Shown: positions 27,334-39,454 of the stretch, one piece after another
Numbering within the stretch: position 1 is the stretch's first letter
How the letters are laid out: each line of letters begins with the position of its first letter
Assembly (NCBI RefSeq): GCF_009914755.1
Contig: NC_060928.1
Length of the DNA: 64,000 nt
DNA from: the human T2T-CHM13v2.0 reference genome, Homo sapiens
Strand: one strand, 5' to 3'
Notes under the pieces: generated by a model
Database searches by the model: none
What the model saw: the letters and a program-made list of their open reading frames with translations, nothing else
Told to the model about the DNA's origin: nothing
Position numbers and translations under genes: made by a program

Positions 27334-27491
27334 AGGAAACAAACTCATCTAATGTCTTCTGCATCTTATTTTTGTAGTATCAAATCTGAGACTTCAGTGG
27401 TTCTCATTTTTTTCCTTTTCTTTTTTTTTTTCTTTTACTTCCTGATACATTCCCTATCATTGCCTTCCTGCTACTACTGAGATTCTTTATC
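27334..27491 (-). repeat. Probable donor of the inverted duplication at 25598-25743
   Basis: Reverse complement reads gataaagaatctcagtagtagcaggaaggcaatgatagggaatgtatc...atgagaaccactgaagtctcagatttgatactacaaaaataagatg. Confidence 0.93.
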
Positions 27492-28966
27492 ACTATTTGG
27501 AGCTCTCCCTAGGATACTTCCTTTCAGAGCAGTACAGATTCTGCCGGTCAGTGTTCTCTTTAATTTGCAACCTCTGAGATAGTCACAAAAACTGCTAATT
27601 AAAAGCTACTGAAAATAGTCTGAGTCACAGATGCAGCTGGGTTGAGCTGAGTGGGAGGGTAGCTTAGATAATCGTTTGCTAACATCTTAATTTACTTTTA
27701 ATGAAGAAAGTAAAATCTTATGTTTAATTTACATTTGTTTTTCCCTTTAATTATTTGTTATACCAAATTTTCACTTTTTTAGAGCTAAACCTTGTAGAGT
27801 TATATAAAAAGTTACACGTTGTTTAATGTTACTGCGTTCTCCATTCCTACAATAATGAATTACTTTAATAAATACAGCTTCAGAATATTCAAGGATCCAA
27901 ATTATTGTCTATTATAAAAGCAGTAATAATTGTAAGTGCTGTAAAAATGTTAAAGAAAAATAAGTTCAAAAAGTATGGTTATTAATTTATTACATAATTG
28001 TCCCTCAAATAGAATATGACAATGTTATAATTGAAACAAAAAAGTTTTTATCCTCTATGCCTTCCTTTCCATGGTAATTTTACATGTGTAAGATTTTAAC
28101 TCTACCAATCAGGCAATTTTAAGTAACTGTTAAATTTGTACTGTGGACTAAAATATATATAACAAAATTATAAGAAGACTATCACACTGGCTAGATATAC
28201 ATTTTAAAAATATGAACAATTTTAGGTTACATATGATGCTTTCATCTTGAATATTACATGAATTCTTATGGTACTTTTATAAGACATATTTGTGGAATTG
28301 ATCTCATCTTATAATACTTATTTACATATTATTTTAGCTTCAAACTTGTACAAATAGCTATTTCAAATATCTATGGCTTATTTTATAAAGAGAGCATAAT
28401 AAATTGGATTGAAAAAAAAATCTTTTAAGTTTATTCAGTTTCACCTTGGAAGTCCATACTGGATGTTTCTGGTGAAAATGATATTGAGAATGCTCAGTGG
28501 TTACCCAAATGGATCCAACTATGAGGTCATATTTACCTTCATGAATTCACCATTATCATGAGTTTGGTCCTGATGGCTTAGGATCTTGATCTCTTCAGTA
28601 TCGCAGAGTGGATTGAAAATAAAGAAGCTAATTCATATTGACAAAAGGCATAATGCATCAACGTAAAACCCAGAATATCAACATATTAACTTAGAATCAA
28701 TTTATTTTAAAAGTAAATAAAGAGCTGAATTGTCTATGAAACTGTCAGACACATTTTTCCCCTGAATAAGTGGCATGCTAAAACACAATTACCAAAATGC
28801 TTTTTATTAAGTAAATTATTAGCAAAGGGAGTAATAGATATTGTTAAAGGGGTGACCTCTGTGATACTTATATGTCATGATTTAGATAGTTCAACTTTGT
28901 ATCAGTGTCACATTGGAGAAGTATATTTCAATGAAAAACGAACATCAAAAACTTTTTTTCTACTCA

Positions 28967-29070
28967 GGTCAGACTGGTAATGTGCTGACATCGTAACAAG
29001 GTTTGAGAGTAGCACATCTCACGCATGTGCATGAACACCCAATCATCATGCTCATGAACTACAAAACGAT
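28967..29070 (-). pseudogene. U13 (SNORD13) box C/D snoRNA retrocopy, snoU13-like
   Basis: Minus strand ATCGTTTTGTAGTTCATGAGCATGATGATTGGGTGTTCATGCACATGCGTGAGATGTGCTACTCTCAAACCTTGTTACGATGTCAGCACATTACCAGTCTGACC, 104 nt, colinear with SNORD13 as I recall it (about 14 differences). Box C ATGATGA and box D CTGA are present, with a flanking TSD. Confidence 0.93.
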
Positions 29071-29320
29071 CAATCAAAAACATTTTTAAAAATTAAAATG
29101 GTTTCTTGCTTTAAGATTGTTATGCTAGGGGAAAATATAGCTTATAGCAATATTTCTGAAAACCTTTAAAAAGGCTCTGCTCATGCCTTCAGGCTTTTAG
29201 AGTCTAAAAAATTAGAAGATCAAGAGGTTTATGTCCTCCCCAGGGCAAAGAGTTCTGGGGTATAGAGTTCCCTGAGAAATAGTTTTAGTTCTTCTGCTAC
29301 CACTGCATTTTATTATTAAT

Positions 29321-29410
29321 GTGATGGTATTGATGTTGCCACTACTGCTGCTGCTGACGATGATGATGATGATGAAAATGATGCTGATGATGTTGATAAT
29401 AATGCTGAAA
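29321..29410. repeat. (TGA/TGC)n trinucleotide-rich simple repeat
   Basis: gatgatgatgatgatgaaaatgatgctgatgatg. Confidence 0.9.
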
Positions 29411-29624
29411 AACATCCACCTTGGCTCTTGTTATCTGTCTGCCTCCTTTCCTATTTTTTTATGTATGTGTGTTGTTTTCACTCTATATATTTTCTTCCTA
29501 TTCTTAAAATATATTTGTGTTGTTATCTCTCTACCAACTTTCCCTGTAATCATATATGTGAATACACACACAAACACACACACAAACATACAACACATAC
29601 ACACGCCTATGACTGAAGAGACTT

Positions 29625-29770
29625 AAGATTTTCTTTTTTCCATTTTCAGAAAACTCAGGGCCTGAAGATTTAAAATATTGCCATATTTCCACCATTGAGC
29701 AGAAGCACTTCCAGAATTCAAATCTTGACTATCTTTCTGTAAATGCGTGATTCTTAACTACTATAATATC
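29625..29770 (-). mobile_element. MIR fragment
   Basis: ccattttcagaaaactcagggcctgaagatttaaaatattgcc...gaattcaaatc...ttcttaactactata. Confidence 0.55.
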
Positions 29771-31719
29771 GTGCCTCTTCAAAGTCCAAGAATAGCTTTA
29801 TTTCATTAATATTTATCTATTGTTTTTACCAACTCAACTTTCTGACTTGCAGGCCATTAGCTTGAATAGATTAGGTTATCCAAACCCTCACTCTGATATA
29901 CTATTTTTGAACTCTGAGTATTTCTGAGTGTAAGTAGGCAAGCATCCTGCTGATTTAGCATCAACACTTCATTATTGATATCCCTACTCTGAATTTATAT
30001 TTTACCTATATGTTGTTGTCTTCTCTGTACCAGTTTTTTCAGACAAGTCGAGGACACTCGTTCCAAAACCGTATTTAAAGTGGCCATGTCCCAGCTACTT
30101 ATGTCTGGATCTTCCTCAAAACTTGTACTTATATGCCTTCATCAGTAAGGATTGTCAGGAAAGAGAAACCACAGAGTGCATGGAATGATTTGGACAGAAT
30201 CTATATGATTATAATCATATAATATGTATATTTCTCTGTATATGAGTATATACACATGCACACATATCTGTGTGCATATAATATGTCATATATTTTATAT
30301 ATATATATAAATGAACTATAATGGGGAATAAAAGTAACATGGTAATGAGGGAATGGGAGTAAGAAGTAAAGAGAACTTTTCAAAATAAAAGAATAGAGGG
30401 TATAAGGAACAGCCATGCTTCTAGGGGTAATGTAGGGTACTTATGAAACAACTTCTCTCCCTACCCTTGAGGGCTGAGTTTCAGACCTTGTTGGAGAGAG
30501 AATCATTGCTGCTTACTGGATGGTGGAGGATTTGATGAGGTTCCAAGTCCGGGAACTTTTTGTCTTGTTAAAAATTTACTGCCCAGAACTTCCTAGAAAT
30601 CTGCTTAGAGTGATGGGGAATCAAATGACTTGCATTTTATTATTATTATTTGTTTACTTCTTTATTACCACCCATACAACTTGACACAAATTAATCTTGA
30701 GTTCTATTCCTAGCTGTAATGAGTAACTCATGTCATATATCATCACTCGTTGACAACTATACAAATTTAACAAATTATAAAAACAACGATTGAATTAAAA
30801 AGAACTGATTGGAAGCATTAGAAAGCACTGAAGTACCAGAACTTGAGGAAAAAGACTATAAACACATGTATCAAATTTGCCTTCAAAGCAGCCTTTCCCC
30901 GGAGACTATATGCTGATTTTATCTTCAGGTTGTAGAGGGCTGAGGAGTGAGTGTAGCCTGGAGTTTGTGTTGTTTTCACTGAGCTGGGGAAATAGACATT
31001 AGAGTTCATGGATAGCACAGCATCCAGGAATGAAGAGGCCGGAATGGCAGAGAAATGGAATCCTGGAAGTTGAACTAGGCCTTTTGTATATGGCTCTCCT
31101 ATGAGAAATTTATCAGTTCCTAAATTCTACCTTTCCAGAGCAAAAGGTTAAAACAACAAAGCAAAAATCTGTTCAACGGATGAAAACTCCACTGAAGTTT
31201 TGGCAGTCTCAGAGTGCTAGGATGGAAATCAATATAAGTGAAAGCCTAAGAAGGAGCTCAGACCCCCCAAGCCACCCAAGTTTATAGTAGATAGTCCTAA
31301 AGGGGTATGCCCTAACAGAAAGGACAAATAAGAAATAGAAGAACCTTCACAAAACTTAAAGTTTCAAGTATTTGTAGTCTCTGTTGGAGTACGGTGTTTT
31401 GTGTATATGCTATCTGTGTGAAGGAACCAAAGTCTTCTCTGAAGGACGATAATATGATCCAGAGACCATACAACTTTTCACATAAAGTATTCAACATTTT
31501 ACCAAGCACACCAGCAAACAGGACTAAATGAAGAAGAATTTTAAAAGACACAGAAATACTCAAATATAAATCAGATATAAATAACTATGATTAAATTATA
31601 AGAAAATAGTCTCAAGCCTCTACAACCTGAAATATATATATATATAAAATATAATACTAAATAATAGAAGTTCTAGAACTGTAAAATTAGCAAGTCACTT
31701 GAATTACATTAATAATTCA

Positions 31720-32900
31720 CTACAATGCAAGGGAAAATGATGGCCTTTCCAAGAACTATATTGGAATAATATACCATATGGAAAAAAATATTACTTCTGA
31801 TTCACAACACGTACAAAATCAATTCTAGATGGATCATAAACCGAAGCAAAAATATAAAAGGTGAAACAATAAATTTTCTGCAGTTTTGCATAGAGATGAC
31901 ATTTGGATAGGTTAATATTTCCTCAACAGAACATAATTATTTGCCATGAGGAAAAGGACTTATAAATTAGACTTTATTAAAATTTTAAAAAATCTGTTCA
32001 TCAAAAGACAATTTCCAAAGACTAAGTGGAAATCCAAAGACTAGGACAAGATATTTGCAGTACAAATAACCAAAAGAAGACATATAAACATAAAGAATAA
32101 CTATAAATCAATAATGAAAATATAGACTATCAAAGATCAAAAGGAATAAATGAATTGCACAGTCATTTTTTAGATGTTATCTAAAATTAACCTTCAGAAA
32201 ATATGCTCAACGTATTTACTCAACACAAAGTCACAATGAAATATTATTGTAACAATATTTGAATGGCTAAAATTAAATAAAGATGAAATACCAAGTGTTA
32301 GTAGGAATATACAGTAACAGAAACTCTCATATACTTCTGGTGAAAGCATACATTTTTACAACCACTTTGAAATTCTTTAGTAGTATCCACCAACATATGT
32401 ATACTTATGACTCATCAATTGAATTCCTAGATATATACCCAGAAAAATCTTGATATATGTCACCAAAGATAAGAATATTTAAAGAAGCAATATTCATGGC
32501 ACCTAAAGTATAAATGATCAAAATTACCACAACACTAAAATGACAAAGTGGGATGGATACATAAATTCTAATTATTCTCACAATTGAATACTATACAGCA
32601 ATAAGAAATAACAACCTGCGACTACGTACAACACAGATAAACCTCATAGATCTTGATTCGTTAAAAAATTTACAAACAGAATATTGCGCACTGATGACAT
32701 TCAAAAACAAGCAGAGTCTATTATGGTGTTAGATGCCAGAATACTGATTACATTTCTGAGAGGCCCAGTGACTGAGTAGAGGCATAAGGGAAGATTCTGG
32801 AGGCGTAATATTTTACATCTTGATATAGTTGATACTTCCACAATATTCTTTTTAAAAGTACAAGTAGTATTTGATGCTTACTATTTATTCATTTTAATAT
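31720..32900 (+). mobile_element. Old L1 (L1ME-like) ORF2 end and 3' UTR
   Basis: acaaaatcaattctagatggatc; aatctgttcatcaaaagac; gaatggctaaaattaaa...ataccaagtgtt; caaccactttgaaa; attcctagatatatacccaga; gaatactatacagcaataag. Confidence 0.8.
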
Positions 32901-32944
32901 ATAGATGTTATATTTCAATTGAAAAGATAAGTATAAAATTCCTT

Positions 32945-33047
32945 TATGCATATATGTGCATTTATATGTATAAAATTCCTTTACATATACATATATATAC
33001 ATACATACATATATATACATATATACATACATACATATATATATATG
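32945..33047. repeat. (TA)/(TACA)n microsatellite at an Alu tail
   Basis: Seen directly in the sequence. Confidence 0.9.
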
Positions 33048-33236
33048 GAGAGAGACAGGATCTTGTTCTGTCACCCAGGCTGGCGTGCACTGGCACAATC
33101 ACTGTTGACTGCAGACTTGACTTCCTTGGCTCAAGCAATCCTCCCAGCTCAGTCTCCCTGTAGCTGAAATTATAAGTGTTCATTACCACACCCAGATTAT
33201 TTTTTTTGTATTTTTTGTAGAGATGGGTTTTTGCCT
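33048..33236 (-). mobile_element. AluJ partial: right arm plus linker
   Basis: gagacaggatcttgttctgtcacccaggctgg...ggctcaagcaatcctccc...gtatttttgtagagatggg. Confidence 0.9.
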
Positions 33237-33769
33237 TATCTCATTTCTTAAGATTGGTATTAAATATTAGAATGAGTATACAGATTTCTGTGTTTTGCAA
33301 TGTATTTGAAAGTTAAACTCTTTGAGTATTTGGGAGTATATTTATGGTAGAATGCAAATCACTGTATTCCCAAGGTGACTTCTTTTTTCTTAGCATATTT
33401 ACGATGTTATCTTATTTCATTTATCAAATTTTATGTGTCTGAAACAAAATCATGTCTATGGAAAAATTTTAAGAATATCAATATGGATGTTTAATTCCCC
33501 TTTGAAAATCCATCATTAAAAGTTAAATTGAAATAAAACAGAAATGAATAATGTAGAGAAATTTTTCTTAGTGCTTTCACATTCAGTATTTTATGTTGAT
33601 AGGAATTGTTTTTTAATAATTAAGATTTTTCTATTAATCTCTGATTGACAATTTATATGCTATGCTAAAGTAATGATGGAATTTGAAAATCACTGATTTC
33701 AAAGGACAAGGTACAGCTGAACTTTGAGAGGAACTGGAAGATAAAGTGTCACATTGAAAACAAAATAAA

Positions 33770-34082
33770 ATTTATTTATTTATTTTGAGACGAAGTCTCA
33801 CTCTGTTGGCCAGGCTGGAGTGGTGCAATCAGAGCTTAGTGTAACCTTCTCCTCTCCAGGTCAAGTAATCCTCCCACCTCAGCCTCCAGTGTAGCTGGGA
33901 CTACAGGCATGCACCAACATGCCTGGCTAATTTGTCTATGTGTATATATATATTTGTATTTTTTGTAGAGATACGTTTTCACCATGTGGCCCAGGCTAAT
34001 CTCGAACTACTGGGCTCAAGCGGTCTGCTCGCACCGGCCTCCCAACGCATTGGGATTACAGGAATGAGCCACTGTGCCCAGT
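33770..34082 (-). mobile_element. AluJ, full length
   Basis: Reverse dimer with J-type ctgggctcaagc and a TA-expanded linker. Confidence 0.93.
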
Positions 34083-34722
34083 GAAAATATATTAACATTT
34101 TCTATTTTCTCCTCTTGACCTTGCCTTAAAAAGTAAATAAAGAGCTAATAGTCTGTATTGATAGTTACGTACAGACCCATGTGCTTTATTATCTGGGCTT
34201 GGACTTTATTTATTTATTTCTTTTTTGTTGTTATTTAGCAAATGGTAAATAAAAGGTATACACAATGTACCTGCCCCTTAGACTGATAGAAAAGTTTGAG
34301 ACAGCTCCTTAGTTAGAAGATCACATTATTTACTTAATGGTTGCTTGACAGGTACAATTAGCAGGGACAGGCTTTCCCAAAAATTGTTTGGACTATAATT
34401 TAACATACAGTAGTAGAGTCAGTTGAGGTTTCAAATTGATGTGTTATAATACATAAGCATATTTTTCACTGGTGTTAGCATTTATTATCAATCAACTAAA
34501 TTTGTAAAATGTTAATTTTTTATCAAAATATAAAGATCAAGCATTCAAAAAGAAATGAAAATAATTTGGGTTGTTCTGTTGATGTTGACTGGTGGTTTAT
34601 TATTTTATAACTATACTTTAAACTGTTTGCTTCTTTTTATCAAGAATAAAATCGCATTCAATCTTCTAGTTACCTCCAGGTTGGGCCCATGCTTTTCAGG
34701 GATTGCTAATGTTTGCAACTAA

Positions 34723-35047
<325 letters not shown>

Positions 35048-36344
35048 AGCTAATTCTTACTGAGTGCTTACTGTATGCTGGGGATTTTGCATGTATTAAC
35101 TTCTATGTGGTGCTCTTCATGGTCCAGTCATTGTTTGTATTACAGAAAGTCAAGCTATCAGCTGTACCATTATCCTTTCAATTGCCTGAAATTGTTCACA
35201 AGAAGCCTGTCAGCTTGCCAAAGTTCACAGCACCACTTGTTAGTACTAGTATCAGACATAGGTGTATGTGTAACTTACAGCTTATTCTTTGTTAAACTGT
35301 ATGAGTGCTAATAGTGTTTATTTCACACTGAACAATCTTCCTTGCTTTGTTGTGATGAATACAAATGGGAAGATAAAGACATATTAAAAGAGCAATTTTC
35401 TTAAATAGGAGACTAAAACTTATCTTAATCAATTGGAAAATTTTCTAACCAAGGGAATGCTAAATTTAAAGGATTTCAAATTGAAGATTTTGTTTTTGCT
35501 TAAACTCTAGCCAAATAACAGGCACATTATATAATCACAATAATTAAAATTCTAGTGGAAATCCTGTATAATATTTTATGTTTTCCATTATTTTTATTTG
35601 TTGTTCTAAAATCAACATATTGAAGTTTAGTCATTCTAAAATTTAATTAATGAAAACAATTGTTGTAATGGTGTTTTTCTTTTTCTAATTAGAGATAAAC
35701 ATACTATAGGTTTCTAACACTAGTTTCCCAATTGCCTTATAATTGTAATTCAAGATGAAGATGTTGATTTTAAAACATGTATATCACATGGATTTCTTAG
35801 TAACTAAAAGAAATGACTACAATATCATTATGAATTATTTGCTAGTTCTAGTTTGAAGGCATTTGAAAATGTCAATTATTAGCTCATCAACAATTACTTT
35901 TGCTTACTTTTTTTATCCTTTAAGTATCTCTCAATATGTCTATTGTGTAAAAATTAAAATCAATGTAAAACCATTACTATTAAAATGACTATACTCCTCA
36001 AATTAATCTGATAATTAAATGAAATTTTAAAACCTTCACATGGCATATCTGATAGAATTTGGCGAGCTGATTACACACATTGAAGAATGTCATCATAGAA
36101 ATATATAAAAATATGCAAAAATGTCAAATACATAGGAAATACTTTTATATGGTGCAACATAGCAAACTTTAAAGCTATAAAAATTCATAAATTATGCTAC
36201 TGAGGCAGGTAAGAGAATATGATTATGAGTAGAATAAAGACAGTGATTTCATATTTTATATGTTTATGTGTCAATTTTCCTTTCTTATAACAGGAGAATG
36301 TATTTGCATGTTGTTTGTACAGTTTGAAATTTAAAAGAAATAGG

Positions 36345-36590
36345 GCTATTTGCTAACATTTCTGAGAGCCTGCTGTATGGCAGGAATTATTCTTGGTGTT
36401 TGCAAAGGTCTTGACTCATTGAATTCTCACAACAATCTTATTGCCTCTATGCTTCAGAAGGGAAAATCAATGCTAGAAAAATGAACTGCCCAAAGTTGCA
36501 CAGCATGGAGGTGTCAGAGCTGAGACTTGAATCAGGCTGTCTGGCTACGTTTGCTACACTGTTAACCATTACACAACACTGTTTCTCTAC
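36345..36590 (-). mobile_element. MIR
   Basis: gctaacatttctgagagcctgctgtatggcagg...ctcattgaattctcacaacaatc...ctgcccaaagttgcacagc...gagacttgaatcaggctgtctggct. Confidence 0.8.
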
Positions 36591-36789
36591 ATAGAGTTTA
36601 CGTGAGCTGAGAAGGCATAATACACAGCATATATTATGAACATAATTAAATCAAGTTACAGAAAAAGATTTATGAATATATTAAGGTTTCCAAAAATAGG
36701 GTACACACACCCACACACACACTACATATATGGAGACAATTCCCAAAGAATCTAGAATAATTTAAAATAATCAAATATATAATAAACTG

Positions 36790-37240
36790 CTACTAGAAAC
36801 CCAGGCTGATGTGACTAGGTTCTCTCCTCATGTTACTACAAAGCAGACTATGTTGCCATCTTGAGGTATCAGCTAGACTGAGTTCTCATCTGGAGGGTTG
36901 GGGGAAGAATCTCATTGGAAACTCCTTCAGATTGTTGGGAGAGTTCATTTCTTTATAGTTGCAGGATAAAGGACTTCATTTTCTTGTTGACAGCTGCAGC
37001 CCTCGGCTCCTAGATGCCACTTGTCCTCATTTCCATGTGATCCATCCTGCCAGCAATGGAGAATTTCTCATGGTTCAAATCTCACTCATGATTTGAATAT
37101 ATCTTACTTCACTTTCTCTGTTTGCTAAATTTATATTTAGAGGGCTCATGTGACTGCAACTGGATCACCCCAGTATTCTCCCTGTGCTAAGCTCAGCTGA
37201 TATGGGATCTTAATTTATCTTTGAAATCTGTTCCCAGCAG
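36790..37240 (-). mobile_element. MaLR LTR, MLT1E-like
   Basis: gttctcatctggagggttgggggaagaatctc...agggctcatgtgactgcaactggatcaccc...ggatcttaatttatc. Confidence 0.7.
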
Positions 37241-37399
37241 GAAAGTTAGCACACAAAGGTTGCCAGAGCTTCAGCTGATCTTAGAGGGAACATCAACACT
37301 AGTCATTCCACTAACAATAGCATCAGTGACTGCTTTCCTAACATAAATCACTTTTTTTGCCCAAACTTTTCATTTGCTTTTGAGTGGTTAACTACCACT

Positions 37400-37910
37400 A
37401 GTGCAAAATTTGGTGGCTCCCTTATAAGTTAGCATATATCACCTAACTAAATCAGACAGTGGAAACTTGATCTTGGCATTCAAAGCATAGTATGGGCTCC
37501 CTAGCTATATTGCCAGAATATATTCATTTCGAATACATGTACAAATTACATATCCCAGTCAGTTAACTTGGACCTATGGCTATTTGCTGCCTCCAAGTAT
37601 TAGTCAAGCAATGTCATCTTCCTTGAATGCACTTTCTCCCACATGGAAATATTTATTTTCTACAGTCCAGTTGTAAGTGCCATCTCTCTTCAGTGACATC
37701 ATCTTTTTTGCCTTCATTGGATAGTAATAATTTTATCATTGCTTTGTTTTGCCTTTTGTGATAACACTGATATTTCATAGATTAGGTTTTGTTTGTTTCT
37801 CTTTCTCCCACCTTGATCTCACTTTTTCATGGCATTTGGACGTTTCTCTAGTAACTCCCAGAAAAGTATTTGGGAGAATGCAATAGAAGTATAATAAATG
37901 AATGTTTAAT
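37400..37910 (+). mobile_element. L2 3' fragment
   Basis: cttggcattcaaagc...cttccttgaatgcactttctcc...aataaatgaatg tail. Confidence 0.5.
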
Positions 37911-38281
37911 GAATATACAAATGATTTAATTGAATTCTGAAATATAATAAAGTTTTTGCTTTACAGGTGGAAAGATTAGATTTAAAATAAAGGTTATTTT
38001 AATAAATCATTATTTCACTCATATTTATTATTAAAGAATAGTTTAATATGTATCAGACATGTTATTAAAGAATAGTTAAATGTATTTCAGACATACTACT
38101 ATGGGAAAATTTAACATGCATCAGGTATAACATCCCTAAATTATTTTAAGAAAACCAATTCTTACCAAGTGAAACTTACTAGTTTCAATACATTCTAGTT
38201 TAATCTACTTTTAGTCATTTATTTTTAATAGCAGAATCCAGTATAAAATTAACACATTTAAATGGGTTTTCATCTTACATT

Positions 38282-38459
38282 AGAGTTGCCATACTTAGCA
38301 AATAAAAATATAGGACAACCAGTTAAATTTGAAATTTAGATACACAGTGAATAATGTTTTACTATGGGTATCTCCGTTATACATACTTATAGGTAAAAAC
38401 GTCATTGTTTATTTTAAATTCCAATTTAGCTAATGTTCTGTATTTTATCTGGCAATCCA
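38282..38459. mobile_element. MER53 palindromic hAT MITE
   Basis: agagttgccatacttagcaaataaaaatataggacaaccagttaaatttgaa...aaattccaatttagctaatgttctgtattttatctggcaatcc matches the recalled MER53 consensus. Confidence 0.85.
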
Positions 38460-39454
38460 ATACTTAGAGCACACTTTTATCTTGAGATTTTAAGAAATCT
38501 GCCCTTTTTTTTTTGTTTTTGTGTTCTTTTTTAAGATTTGCAAAAACAAAAGTTTAAGTATTTAAGGTAATAATGTATTTTTAATAGTTATGGCATTTTG
38601 CGTATAATTAAGCCAGTTGCTTTTTAAATTGTAAATATTCCCAGAGGCAACAATATAGAACTTCACATAGTTTTGCAGTCATTTTAAAATACTGATGATA
38701 CATATTTATGTGCATGGAATCTGCAGAAAGTTGAAAGATACTATGAGGTATTTGGAAACTTTAAAAACAAATAGTACATACCGCTAAGCACACGTTGTCT
38801 AGCAAACACTAAAATTCACTTGTGCACTATGCTGTTCGAGCAATAGTATCATATACGCCTAGCATTTCCCAAACAGATTGAAGACACTGTAGCTCCACGC
38901 TTGCCTTTCCTGTGAATGGAAATGGAGACTGAGGAGGGCAAGTTCACATCAGCCATCTGAACTTAATCGAACTCAGGAAATGCAGAACTTAATCGTGCTG
39001 TGGCAGATATTAGCATTCTGACATTCAGATATAACCTTTCAGGGCTTAAAGTGACTCATTTTTCAAAAACATAAAATAGGAACTTCAAATTGATTATTTT
39101 AAGGCTTGCATGAGAATATATATGTGAAAATTTCATTAAAATGCACCTTATTATGAATGTTATTTTAACGCACTAGTGGTTCATTTGCTATGTAGTTGAA
39201 ATATAACCTCTAATAATTGATTTTAAAATGTTTTTCATGCAAATTAGTACTGGGTATTTAATTTTAACTGTTGTCAAGTAATATTTTGGAAAAATACAGT
39301 ATTTATTACTAATTCAGATGTAAACATCCTGTAGAAATTATTACTCTGCTACTGACCAAGAGTTTATTAATAGAAATACACTAGCTTAAGGTAAATGAAT
39401 AAGCAGAAAATTTGTATTGTATCATAACCAATTGCATATCCACTGTGTATACTG

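Noticed and set aside
28537-28614. Possible minus-strand exon (open frame PLCDTEEIKILSHQDQTHDNGEFMK, donor AAG|GTAAAT)
   Set aside because: The pyrimidine tract ends in CAA, not AG. There is no recognisable homology or partner exon.
28991-29004. TCGTAACAAGGTTT match to the SSU rRNA 3' end
   Set aside because: It is the antisense of the U13 guide element, not an rRNA gene. The flanks are not rRNA.
29212-29626. Poly-Met and poly-Ile ORFs
   Set aside because: Translations of (TGA)n and CA repeats.
38959-38995. Repeated 11-mer gaacttaatcg with a 15-bp spacer, superficially CRISPR-like
   Set aside because: Only two short copies, in a eukaryotic context with no array or cas genes.
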